A DNA stretch of 39,526 nt from Chloroflexota bacterium (GTDB lineage Bacteria > Chloroflexota > Anaerolineae > Anaerolineales > UBA11858). The stretch covers positions 1 through 39,526 of the forward strand of contig QMOK01000003.1 in the NCBI GenBank assembly GCA_003648195.1. Reading direction: 5' to 3'. The notes beneath the pieces are model-generated. The model was not told where the DNA came from. It saw nothing but the letters and a program-made list of their open reading frames with translations, and made no database searches. A program made the translations under genes and the position numbers. Shown piece after piece: positions 1 through 8,714 of this stretch (within the stretch, counting starts at the first letter, position 1; each line of letters starts with the position of its first letter).

Positions 1-2584
1 AAAGTTTTGCGTGTTTTAGGCCTATGCGGGGATGAGCGTTTAGGGTATTGGTTACTGCCATTTGGTAATGTGCGTTCGCCAGGGCGTTGAACACTCTTGC
101 TTCTTCGGTACTGCCCGCCCCCAGAGTCAGCGCGTCTTGAAACATTTCTTCCGCTTTATCCAAGCGATTTAGCATATAGAGAAATACGCCTCTCCGAACC
201 AGGCTTTCTATGTACTCTGTTGTGTGCCGTGTTTCATCTAAATAAGTTAAAGCCCGATCAATAAAGGTAAGTCCTTCTTCAAATTCGCCAGTTGCCATGC
301 AGGCATCGCTCAAGTTTCCCCAAGCGGTACCTTTGAGCAAATCGTCCTCGCGTTGCTCTCCAATCTCTAATAAGGATTGGTTAAGTCGCTTCAATAATTC
401 AATGTCTTGGGTTTCAAAAGCGATGGCACTCCAAGTGGTGAAAAACCGGTATATTCGATTATTAGTGGGGGATAATTTGTGGGTTATTAATAGTTCTTCA
501 GCGTGTTGGAAAGCATGAACGGCTTCCGCCGAGGAAGCCAAGTGCCGGGCTTCTTCGCCTGCTTTCACCCAATAATGAAAAGCGGCTTCAAAAACTCCGG
601 CTTTTTCATAATGAGCGGCAATGATAGCGGGGGGCGCCTCTTCGTCTACTCTGATACGCGCGGCCTGATTGTGCAGCAGCACACAGCGAGCTGAGTTCAT
701 CCTCTGTAGTAAAACTTCACGAAATTTTTGCTGGACAAAGCGGTACTTGTGCAAATCGCTTTGGTTTTCTTTTTGCTCGGTAACAATATTTTTCTTAACC
801 GCTTTTTCAAACGCTATAAAGACTTCTTCTTCTGTTTCTGTTGTGGTCATTAGCGGCAATAGGCTCAAGTCAAAACTTGTTCCTAACACGGCTGCCGCCT
901 CCAAAATTCTATAGGTCGCTTCGTCTAATCCCATTAGACGTGTCTCTATAATTTTAGAAAGTTTTTCACTAATGGGCAATCCGGTTCCTGATTTTATATC
1001 GAATTTGACGTCCGCATCTAAAATAGCCCATAATATTTCCGCGATAAAAAGTGGGTTTCCGTCGGATTCTTGGGATAGCATTTGCGCTAATTCCCTTGAT
1101 GGAGATTCTTGAAGAATGTGATACGCTAATTTTGAGATGTCATTTAAGGATAATTTTTGCAGCCTTAGGAAATTTATGTGTTTGGAATCGCAGAATGAAT
1201 TCACTAATTCTGGGTATCTATATGTCAATTCGCCTTCGCGCGCAGTCCCAATCAACATTCCCCGCCCGTCCTTGAACGGATACCGTTCCATGAGGTAGGT
1301 GAACGTTTGTAAAGTAGCCTTATCCGCGTATTGAATGTCATCGAAAACGAGCAAAAGAGGCTTTTTAGAGGCTAGCAGTTTAAAGACTTGCCGAATAGCT
1401 TCTAGCAACAGATTTTCCCTTTGGGAATCGTCCGTGACTTCTATTTCTTCGACACTTGGCCGAATCATGGCAATCTCTGGCAACATCCGTGTCAAGCAGC
1501 TTACCCACGTGAGGGGCAGCTCAAGCCATTTCTCTGGCGTAATTTGATAACGAAATAGGCTTTTGAACGGTTGATATGATAGATTCACTTCATTGGGTTT
1601 GCAGGTAATGTAAAAGACATCTGCCCGTGAAGATATTTTATCTGCATATTCTTTGAGTACTCGCGTTTTGCCTTGTCCTACATCGCCAAGCAACAAAACG
1701 CTTTGCTGTTGTTTTCTACTCAGCCGTAATTGGGTAAGAATTTTCTCCCGACCCACTAAGGGCATATCTATTCCAGGGTGAATGTCCCAGGTAGGCTGCG
1801 GTTCTGGAATATCTACTGAAATTTCTTTCTGGATTTCCTGGTATAAGGCTACTAAGTTGGGAGCAGGGCCAACTCGTCCATGGGACAGCATCACCTTGGT
1901 CACTTTTCTATAGTATTCACGAGCCCGAGGCATTTCCCCTCGCTCTACAAGTATTTTCATTTGGAGGTAATGGAGATAATCCGAAGTGTTGTTTTCTTTG
2001 AGAGCCTGTTGAATCAAAGGTTCAGCAGATTGAAGGTCTCCAATTGTATGATAATAATCTGCCAAACGTTCAAGCACATCCCCGCGTAGTTTTTCTACTT
2101 CCTGCGCTATTTTCCGCACTTCGTTCTCAGCTTGTGGTTCACTTGAAAAATCAACCCCTTCTAAAAAGTGATTCCCATTCCACAAACCCAGTGCCCGATT
2201 TAATAGGTTAACAGTTTTACGGGGAAGTTTCTGTGTCCTAGCGGTACACCAAGGGATTTGCCCAACGTCATCTAGCAGGTCATGAAATTGGGTTAGGTCA
2301 ACATCTGTATGCTCAAAATCTAGCCCTATGAACTCATCTATTGAAATAATGAGTCCGGCATCGGGCAAGCTTGCTTTTAGTTGAGAAGACGCTTTTGCAA
2401 CCCAATTTGGAGAGGATGCTGTCTTATTCGCAAAAGCGATTTCCAGCTCCTCGCGAGAGATTAAACTATTTTGAAAAGCCAAATAATAAAAAAATAATTT
2501 CAAGAAAGGCTCATCAATATCAATAGTTTTTTTACCAAAATGAATTTTCGGCGTGCCAAGTAAATATACGTGAAACTGGTTCAT
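1..2584 (-). CDS. SARP/BTAD-domain transcriptional regulator with STAND-type AAA ATPase, probably TPR C-terminus (truncated at left edge)
   Basis: Not in the ORF track. Hand translation from ATG at 2584 (MNQFHVYLLGTPKIHF) gives BTAD-like LNRALGLWNGNHFLEG, then PLVGRE, Walker A GDVGQGKT, Walker B LLLVFDDIQYAD and SDGNPLFIAEI, all in one frame. Confidence 0.85.
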   Translation of the reverse strand, partial: MNQFHVYLLGTPKIHFGKKTIDIDEPFLKLFFYYLAFQNSLISREELEIAFANKTASSPNWVAKASSQLKASLPDAGLIISIDEFIGLDFEHTDVDLTQFHDLLDDVGQIPWCTARTQKLPRKTVNLLNRALGLWNGNHFLEGVDFSSEPQAENEVRKIAQEVEKLRGDVLERLADYYHTIGDLQSAEPLIQQALKENNTSDYLHYLQMKILVERGEMPRAREYYRKVTKVMLSHGRVGPAPNLVALYQEIQKEISVDIPEPQPTWDIHPGIDMPLVGREKILTQLRLSRKQQQSVLLLGDVGQGKTRVLKEYADKISSRADVFYITCKPNEVNLSYQPFKSLFRYQITPEKWLELPLTWVSCLTRMLPEIAMIRPSVEEIEVTDDSQRENLLLEAIRQVFKLLASKKPLLLVFDDIQYADKATLQTFTYLMERYPFKDGRGMLIGTAREGELTYRYPELVNSFCDSKHINFLRLQKLSLNDISKLAYHILQESPSRELAQMLSQESDGNPLFIAEILWAILDADVKFDIKSGTGLPISEKLSKIIETRLMGLDEATYRILEAAAVLGTSFDLSLLPLMTTTETEEEVFIAFEKAVKKNIVTEQKENQSDLHKYRFVQQKFREVLLQRMNSARCVLLHNQAARIRVDEEAPPAIIAAHYEKAGVFEAAFHYWVKAGEEARHLASSAEAVHAFQHAEELLITHKLSPTNNRIYRFFTTWSAIAFETQDIELLKRLNQSLLEIGEQREDDLLKGTAWGNLSDACMATGEFEEGLTFIDRALTYLDETRHTTEYIESLVRRGVFLYMLNRLDKAEEMFQDALTLGAGSTEEARVFNALANAHYQMAVTNTLNAHPRIGLKHAKL

Positions 2585-2756
2585 AGAAGTTTCGCAGAAA
2601 AGTTTATTTATTCAGGGTGACTAATATTACAGAGTCGTAAAATCCGCTTGTTGAACAGTGGCACATACAACGAAAAGGATACCAAAGGCGCATTCAATTT
2701 TATTACGAAGCGCATCAATATTTCATCGGCTTTTATGAGAACTATATGACAAGAGA

Positions 2757-4487
2757 CTACGAAGATTCAATTATCTTATCCGCTCTCGTTAAAATTTCTT
2801 GAGCAGCTTGTTTATTGCTCTCGCTAGTGCTTCCCAGCATTTGGGCAAGTTCATTTTGCCGCTCTTCGCCTGTTAAAATTCCCACTTGCGTGACTGTGCG
2901 TCCATCCTTAATTTGCTTTTGAACGCGGAAGTGCTGCTGCCCAAAGCCAGCCAGTTGCGGTAGGTGAGTGATGCAAAGGACTTGATGTTCAACTGCTAAG
3001 AGCCGTAACTTGTGCCCCACAACAGTGCCCACCCGCCCTCCAATTCCTTGGTCAATTTCATCGAATACCAAGGTAGAGATGCTGTCAACGTTAACTAGCA
3101 CTTGTTTCAAGGCCAGCATCAGACGGGATGTTTCTCCGCCAGAGGCGACTTTCGCCAGAGGTTTCAAGCCTTCGCCGGGGTTGGTTTCTACCATGAATTC
3201 AATCTCTTCTAGGCCATCTTGAGTGTAGGCTAGTCGGCGGTTACCATCTACTGGCACACCCGCTGGGTCTGGGGTTTGATGAAAATTAACTCGGAAGCGA
3301 GCTTGCGCCATGCGCAAGTCTTCCAATTCTTTCTCTAGGGCTGCTGCCATTTGCTCTGCGCCTGTCTGACGGCGCTGCGTTAGAAGTTGGCCTTTCGCGC
3401 CTAATTCTGGGAGCAGATTTTCTACTATCGCTTCTAACTCGATAATACGCGCGTTGCTATTGGTGATTGTTTCTAGTTCAGCACGAGCGTTCTCAGCGTA
3501 ATTCAAAACTTCTGGGATTGTTTGACCGTATTTCCGCTTTAAGGAGCGTATCACATCTAAGCGTTCTTCAACTTCTGCAAGTCGTCCGGGGTCAAATTCT
3601 ATGACGTTCAAATAGTCGTGCAAGTCGTGCGCCAGCTCTGCGATGCCTTCAAATAGGTCATTAGCTTTCTCGCTCAACGCAGTTTGAGAAGGATCAGTAT
3701 TAGTCAAATTTGTAATATTATCTACGATCTGACCTAGAAGCTCCGTGACTGTAGGTTGGTCTGGGGGAGCTTCATCTAGGAGGCTCAAGGCAATTTGGGA
3801 AAGTTCAGCCAGTTTTTCTGAATTTGCCAAACGTTTGTGTTCTTGTTTTAGTTCTTCATCTTCTCCATCGGCAAGATTTGCCATGTCAATTTCGTTCAGT
3901 TGATAAGCTAATAACTCGGAACGCTGGGCATTGTCGTACTCAGATTTCCTTAATTTGGTTAATTCTTGTTTGGTTTGCTGTAATTCGCGGTAAGTTTTTC
4001 GATAATCGGCTAAGGCTTCTCCTACATCTGCGTAGCGGTCTAGCAAGCCAATGTGTTGGTTGACGCGCATAAGCGAAAGATGTTCAAATTGGCCGTGGAT
4101 ATCGACTAGGCACTCTCCTAGTTCAACTAGAATGCTCACGCTGGTGCGGTGTCCATTCACACGGGCTACGTTTTGTCTATCACGTCTGAGTTCCCGGCTT
4201 AGGGTGAGGTAGTCGGTGTCTTCTAACAGTGCTTCACGTTTGAGAATGGCAAACACTTGTTTTTTGACTTTCGCTGGGATACAGAAAACCGCTTCCACGC
4301 TTGCTCGTTCGGCACCGCTTCGGAGGTCTGTCATATCTGCCCGATTCCCCAGCAGCATGCCCAAAGCGCCCATAATAATGGATTTTCCAGCCCCTGTTTC
4401 TCCAGTAAAGACAGTTAGGCCTGGCTTAAATTCTAGCTCAAGTTCGTTTATAATGGCGAAGTTTTTAATACGAAGTTCAGTAAGCAT
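2757..4487 (-). CDS. recN: DNA repair protein RecN
   Basis: MLTELRIKNFAII start, Walker A GETGAGKS, IHGQ Q-loop, coiled coil, ASGGETSRLMLALK signature, FDEIDQGIGG. Start reassigned to ATG 4487. Confidence 0.97.
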   Translation of the reverse strand: MLTELRIKNFAIINELELEFKPGLTVFTGETGAGKSIIMGALGMLLGNRADMTDLRSGAERASVEAVFCIPAKVKKQVFAILKREALLEDTDYLTLSRELRRDRQNVARVNGHRTSVSILVELGECLVDIHGQFEHLSLMRVNQHIGLLDRYADVGEALADYRKTYRELQQTKQELTKLRKSEYDNAQRSELLAYQLNEIDMANLADGEDEELKQEHKRLANSEKLAELSQIALSLLDEAPPDQPTVTELLGQIVDNITNLTNTDPSQTALSEKANDLFEGIAELAHDLHDYLNVIEFDPGRLAEVEERLDVIRSLKRKYGQTIPEVLNYAENARAELETITNSNARIIELEAIVENLLPELGAKGQLLTQRRQTGAEQMAAALEKELEDLRMAQARFRVNFHQTPDPAGVPVDGNRRLAYTQDGLEEIEFMVETNPGEGLKPLAKVASGGETSRLMLALKQVLVNVDSISTLVFDEIDQGIGGRVGTVVGHKLRLLAVEHQVLCITHLPQLAGFGQQHFRVQKQIKDGRTVTQVGILTGEERQNELAQMLGSTSESNKQAAQEILTRADKIIESS

Positions 4488-4488
4488 A

Positions 4489-5007
4489 TTAGTGATTGAA
4501 TTGGTAGTAGACTGTTGTAGTAACAATCGTAGAGTAAAGTCCTATCCAAGTTAGGGGTAAAATCGCTCCCAGCCCCAGGCTTTCAATTATAAGCACAGAG
4601 CCAATAATGTTGATGAGCAAAATGGGAACGCTTCCCAAGAAAGACGCGGCAGCGACCACTTGATAAAGTCTAGGAGAACGCCTTTTTTTAGTTATTTTCC
4701 GAACTATTGCCACAATGATGGCGCCGACTATGGGGGCAATGAAAACAACGTAAAATCCAAAAGCCCCTGCCAGCAAGCTCCCTAAAAATGAGAGTATTCC
4801 CGCTGCCAAAGAACCTGATAAATAATCATACCACTTTGTGGTGATAAATATTTTTTGCTGGTTTTTTATACATTCGGGGCAACGGTAGCCAGTGGGAGTA
4901 TGTTGAGCGCATTTTAGGCAGATAGGTCTTCCGCACTTGTTACAGCGCAAACGAGTTTCACGTTTGGGGTGAAAGGCGCAGGTAAGGGGTGGTGAATTCT
5001 CGCTCAT
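4489..5007 (-). CDS. B-box-type zinc-finger membrane protein
   Basis: N-terminal CAFHP...CNKCGRPICLKC...CPEC followed by about 4 hydrophobic helices. Start overlaps the nadK stop. Confidence 0.75.
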   Translation of the reverse strand: MSENSPPLTCAFHPKRETRLRCNKCGRPICLKCAQHTPTGYRCPECIKNQQKIFITTKWYDYLSGSLAAGILSFLGSLLAGAFGFYVVFIAPIVGAIIVAIVRKITKKRRSPRLYQVVAAASFLGSVPILLINIIGSVLIIESLGLGAILPLTWIGLYSTIVTTTVYYQFNH

Positions 5008-5858
5008 TGTTTTTTCTCTATTGATGGGTTGCAGCTCATGTGAGGGGTAAGGTTTCGGTAAAAATACCCTGGGTCTTCAAAACGAACGAAGCGGACAGTG
5101 TGTTCACCAGCTCTAATTTCAATACGATCACTTTCTTGAAGTTCAATGGGAAATTGTCCATCAATGGAAAGTACGGCTTCGTGTTCGGTATGAGCTAACA
5201 CAGAAATATGGGAGCCTTCTGCTAAAACAATGGATTGCTCAATGGAAAGATGAGGTGCCAAGGGGACGAGAAGAATATTGCGCAATTCTGGTAATAGAAT
5301 AGGCCCCCCGGCTGCCATGGCATAAGCGGTAGAACCTGTTGGCGTAGAGGTAATAATGCCATCGGCCACATAGGTGCTTAATAGCCGTTCATCGACATAA
5401 ACTTCTAGTCGAATAGGTCGAGCAAATCTTCCTCGGCTGATAACGGCATCATTAAGGGCCATCCACTGCCCAATTTGTTGTTCGTCACGCCACTGTGCTA
5501 TTTTCAACGTCATGCGATCTTCAAGCCAAAACTCGCCCCGAGCCAACCGGCCAAGGGCGTCTTGCCATTCATCGTGCCCAATCTCGGTGAGAAAACCAAA
5601 TTTGCCTAAATTAATCCCTAGAATAGGCGTCCCGCTGGGAGCGCACATATGTCCCGCTCGGAGCATTGTTCCATCTCCGCCCAAGGCAATGAATAAATCT
5701 TGTTCGTCAACATCAAGGTCGTTAAGCATACCCGCTACAACTTCTAAATTTCTTTCACGAAGATGTTCCGCGATTTGCTCAACAAGTTGAGATGCCTCTA
5801 TAAATTTGGGATGAGTGCCTATTAGTATTCTTCGAAATTCAGAGAGTTTTCTTGTCAT
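5004..5858 (-). CDS. nadK: NAD(+) kinase
   Basis: GGDGT motif, GINLGKFGFL, LND, DGIITSTPTGSTAYAMAAGGP. ATG at 5858 overlaps the upstream TAA (TAATG). Confidence 0.95.
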   Translation of the reverse strand: MTRKLSEFRRILIGTHPKFIEASQLVEQIAEHLRERNLEVVAGMLNDLDVDEQDLFIALGGDGTMLRAGHMCAPSGTPILGINLGKFGFLTEIGHDEWQDALGRLARGEFWLEDRMTLKIAQWRDEQQIGQWMALNDAVISRGRFARPIRLEVYVDERLLSTYVADGIITSTPTGSTAYAMAAGGPILLPELRNILLVPLAPHLSIEQSIVLAEGSHISVLAHTEHEAVLSIDGQFPIELQESDRIEIRAGEHTVRFVRFEDPGYFYRNLTPHMSCNPSIEKKQ

Positions 5859-6382
5859 TAACTTTTTTCGGGTTCTAGTGATTGGTCGCATTTGGCGCGG
5901 TAGCCGCATTTCGCGCATCGTGCCAGAACTTGGTGATCTCTTGGCACGCTGGTTCGAAACTCGTCCCGGCGCATGTCGGCCAGCACATCTAAAAGAGAGT
6001 CCTCAAGTTCTTCTGTATAGTCAATGCGAAATGTTTTTTGGGGGTAATGCAAAATCCCGTAGGAAGGCCGGCGTCTGTATTCTGTTTCTACCAGTTTACA
6101 GTAAACGGCCAATTGAAAAACATGAGCATCGTAAGGTTCATTGCGCACCTTGCTTGACTTAACCTCAACGGGGATAATTTCCCCGCCGTGCTCTACTAAA
6201 TAGTCTGGCTTGCCCGTCAGCTTTAAAACAGCATCGTAAAGCGGATTCTCGACTGCTCCCCATTTTCGCGTGTCGGCGTAGATGACCTTTCCGGGAGGCA
6301 TGGCGGTTGATTGCCGTTGGCGTTGAGAGACCCAGAATAAAACTATCGCCGCTAAAAATACAAAAAACGCTAGATATAACAT
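5858..6382 (-). CDS. cas4: Cas4-like PD-(D/E)XK nuclease, C-terminal catalytic part with N-terminal TM helix
   Basis: GKPDYL (motif II), EVKS (motif III), QLAVY, C-terminal C-x2-C-x5-C (CAKCGYRAKC). N-terminus is MLYLAFFVFLAAIVLFWVSQRQR. Lacks the first Fe-S Cys. Confidence 0.85.
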   Translation of the reverse strand: MLYLAFFVFLAAIVLFWVSQRQRQSTAMPPGKVIYADTRKWGAVENPLYDAVLKLTGKPDYLVEHGGEIIPVEVKSSKVRNEPYDAHVFQLAVYCKLVETEYRRRPSYGILHYPQKTFRIDYTEELEDSLLDVLADMRRDEFRTSVPRDHQVLARCAKCGYRAKCDQSLEPEKS

Positions 6383-6395
6383 TTTTGCCGCAACC

Positions 6396-6650
6396 TTAAA
6401 CGAGATGCCGCGCTACGTAAACGGTGAACAATCCCAATGCCAACAAGATTAATGCATAAGCTAAAAGTCGCAGCAATCCACTGACGAATACCGTTGTTCC
6501 GTGCTGATAGTGAAGCTCCTGACCATTGACCAATTCCTGCTCGTTTTGGGATCTGACACCTTTAATGGCGTACCACCAGGCACGCTTGCAATACAAATAA
6601 GAAGCAATTTCAGACGCTCGAATGATACGCCGTTCTGATTTTTTGGTCAT
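6396..6650 (-). CDS. Cas4-like N-terminal module with C-terminal TM helix
   Basis: IRASEIASYLYCKRAWWY matches the Cas4 N-terminal Cys motif, GQELH matches motif I, then LLAYALILLALGLFTVYVA. ATG 6650 preferred over TTG 6683. Confidence 0.75.
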   Translation of the reverse strand: MTKKSERRIIRASEIASYLYCKRAWWYAIKGVRSQNEQELVNGQELHYQHGTTVFVSGLLRLLAYALILLALGLFTVYVARHLV

Positions 6651-6685
6651 TGGTGTTTCGCTATCTTCTCTACTTGCCGCCAAGT

Positions 6686-7009
6686 TTATTCATCGGTTGG
6701 GGTGGGAGGATGAAATAAAGATTCGGCCAAAGAGGTAAAACCAGGTGATTTGATTTCGCCAAATTTCTGTTCGTACTTAGCAATGTTTTCCTGTAAGGCA
6801 TGACAAAACGCTTTAACGCTTAAAGGGCTCATAAGAATACGAGACTTGATCTCTGGCCTTTTTTGGCCCGGCAACATCCGCGCAAAGTCTAGCACTACTT
6901 CAGAAGGAGAATGCGCGATGCGCACTAAATTCACATACTGTGCTTCTAAATCAGGAGGCAAATCCACTGAGAGTAAATTTTTTTTTATGTTTTCTTGATT
7001 TTGGCTCAT
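6686..7009 (-). CDS. DUF3467 family protein
   Basis: YVNLVRIAHSPSEVVLDFA...SRILMSP...K...ALQENIAKYEQKFGEI pattern. ATG at 7009. Confidence 0.85.
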   Translation of the reverse strand: MSQNQENIKKNLLSVDLPPDLEAQYVNLVRIAHSPSEVVLDFARMLPGQKRPEIKSRILMSPLSVKAFCHALQENIAKYEQKFGEIKSPGFTSLAESLFHPPTPTDE

Positions 7010-7070
7010 GTTTGTATTTTCCCGGCTTGTTAGCAGCAATAAAAAATCTTCGCCGTCTTACCACAAAGTC

Positions 7071-7105
7071 ACAAAGTACACGAAGTTTTTCTCCGTGTAC
7101 TTTGT
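7071..7105. repeat. 12-bp inverted repeat between ssb and DUF3467 (REP-like or terminator)
   Basis: ACAAAGTACACG (7071-7082) / CGTGTACTTTGT (7094-7105). Confidence 0.55.
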
Positions 7106-7135
7106 TTATTTGTAATTGGCGATAACGAGTGTGAT

Positions 7136-7558
7136 CTAAAAGGGAATCTCATCTTCTTCGGCTGGGGGTTGACCTCCCACATTGCCCTGAGCTTGGTAAG
7201 CCTCATTTTCTGCTTTACTGGACAAGAAAACTACTCGATTGGCGGAAATTTCAAAACTGGCGCCCGCCGAGCCATCCTGTCGAGTCCAAATTCGGGGGCC
7301 GCCGGTTTGGGGGTCTGGTTTGATACGGCCTTCTACTAACACTTTGCTACCCCTGCTAAGGTATTGGTTAACCGATTCGCCTTGGGCTCCCCATACTGAG
7401 ACACGGAACCAGGTTGTTTCTTCTTGTTTCTGCCCATCATTACTAGTCCAACGCCGACTTGTAGCAACGGAGATATTAGTAACAGCTCGCCCATCCGGCA
7501 TGTAGCGCAATTCTGGGTCACGGCCTAAGTTTCCTACAATAATAATTTTCTGATACAT
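7136..7558 (-). CDS. ssb: Single-stranded DNA-binding protein
   Basis: IVGNLGRDPELRY, ETTWFRVSVWG, GSKVLVEGR, acidic tail EEDEIPF. AAAGGAG SD before ATG 7558. Confidence 0.97.
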   Translation of the reverse strand: MYQKIIIVGNLGRDPELRYMPDGRAVTNISVATSRRWTSNDGQKQEETTWFRVSVWGAQGESVNQYLSRGSKVLVEGRIKPDPQTGGPRIWTRQDGSAGASFEISANRVVFLSSKAENEAYQAQGNVGGQPPAEEDEIPF

Positions 7559-7669
7559 GGTAATTTCTCCTTTTGAATAAACCGCAGATCTTAATTTATC
7601 TGAACAACGCCTATTATACAATGTTTTAGCGTGAGATGTGAGGCATGAAAAATCCTCATTCGTCACTCC

Positions 7670-8659
7670 TTACGCTTTATTAGACCATTCTCGCGTTCGG
7701 GCGAATAATTCCTTGAGAGGACGCAATTCGTGAACGGGAAGAGTCAGGTTCTCTGTTTGCGTCCTCTGCCCAGAGAATATGCGATTCCCGCTTGGTAAAC
7801 GCTTAGCCTTCCGCGCAAATGTCTCTCCCTGCAAATAGCCCACAAAAACCATTCTCATTCCGTAAACCCAAATATTAGCCCATTGCGAAGAAGAGATAAG
7901 ATAAGGCTCTTCCCAAGTGGGAATATGCACCCCTATCACACCATCCGGCCATTTAGCAACTTGAAGGTAGCTTAAAGTCTGAAAATTTACCAGCGCTTCA
8001 ACCCGCTCTCTGGGAATGAGCATCAAACGCGTTGTTTGAAATTCTCCTTTGATGTTCTGCCCCCCCAGCGTAACCTCAACAGGTTCGGTAGTATCGCATT
8101 TCAGGGTTACCTTGCCAATGGGGTTTCCGTCACGCGAACGGGACACATCGGCGGGCAAACTATGAATAAGGTGAACGTGTTGCCCGGCTTTTACCGCTTG
8201 TTCTACACGCTGACGAGTTCCAGTGATCAACGCGGTTAGAAAAGCGAATACATAAATCCAATTTCGTACTTGGGGCAAGCCAGGAACCTGTTCGGCGGGG
8301 ATAACAGTTTGAGCCTGCAATAATGTTTGGGGAGATTGATGAGCCAAGCGAATACGGTTTTTCTCTAAAAGCAGCGAGGTGCTCAACGCACATCGCCAGC
8401 CGCCTAAATTGAGAAGGCAATCTTCTGGATTAGCAAACTGCGCCGAACCCCAAACCTCGTGCGGGATTTCCCGGGCGACAAGATAACGTTTGAATGCAAG
8501 CTCCACGCCTTTATAAGCCACAATCTGGCGCAAACGCTCAGGAATGTTTTCGCACCTCTGAGAATAGAAATATGGCAAGGAACGAAGCCCATAAGCTATT
8601 CCAGCCCAAGTCAAATCATCGCTATACGAAAGGGTCAAAAAGTCTGCGCTTGTAACCAT
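7670..8659 (-). CDS. Hypothetical protein, possibly degenerate restriction-endonuclease-like fold
   Basis: 329-aa ORF co-oriented with its neighbours. GVELAFKRYL helix resembles PD-(D/E)XK motif I. Family not firmly recognised. Confidence 0.6.
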   Translation of the reverse strand: MVTSADFLTLSYSDDLTWAGIAYGLRSLPYFYSQRCENIPERLRQIVAYKGVELAFKRYLVAREIPHEVWGSAQFANPEDCLLNLGGWRCALSTSLLLEKNRIRLAHQSPQTLLQAQTVIPAEQVPGLPQVRNWIYVFAFLTALITGTRQRVEQAVKAGQHVHLIHSLPADVSRSRDGNPIGKVTLKCDTTEPVEVTLGGQNIKGEFQTTRLMLIPRERVEALVNFQTLSYLQVAKWPDGVIGVHIPTWEEPYLISSSQWANIWVYGMRMVFVGYLQGETFARKAKRLPSGNRIFSGQRTQTENLTLPVHELRPLKELFARTREWSNKA

Positions 8660-8670
8660 GTTTCTATTAA

Positions 8671-8706
8671 GCGTAAAACGTGATCAGTGATGGCTACGTT
8701 TTACGC
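8671..8706. repeat. 11-bp inverted repeat (REP-like hairpin)
   Basis: GCGTAAAACGT / ACGTTTTACGC in the intergenic gap. Confidence 0.5.
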
Positions 8707-8714
8707 CTCATTTT

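Noticed and set aside
297-2089. Plus-strand short ORFs in the track, and other antisense ORFs within long genes
   Set aside because: They are shadows of well-supported genes on the opposite strand.
5858-7135. CRISPR-Cas locus suggested by cas4
   Set aside because: No cas1, cas2 or effector genes and no regularly spaced repeat-spacer array anywhere in the window.
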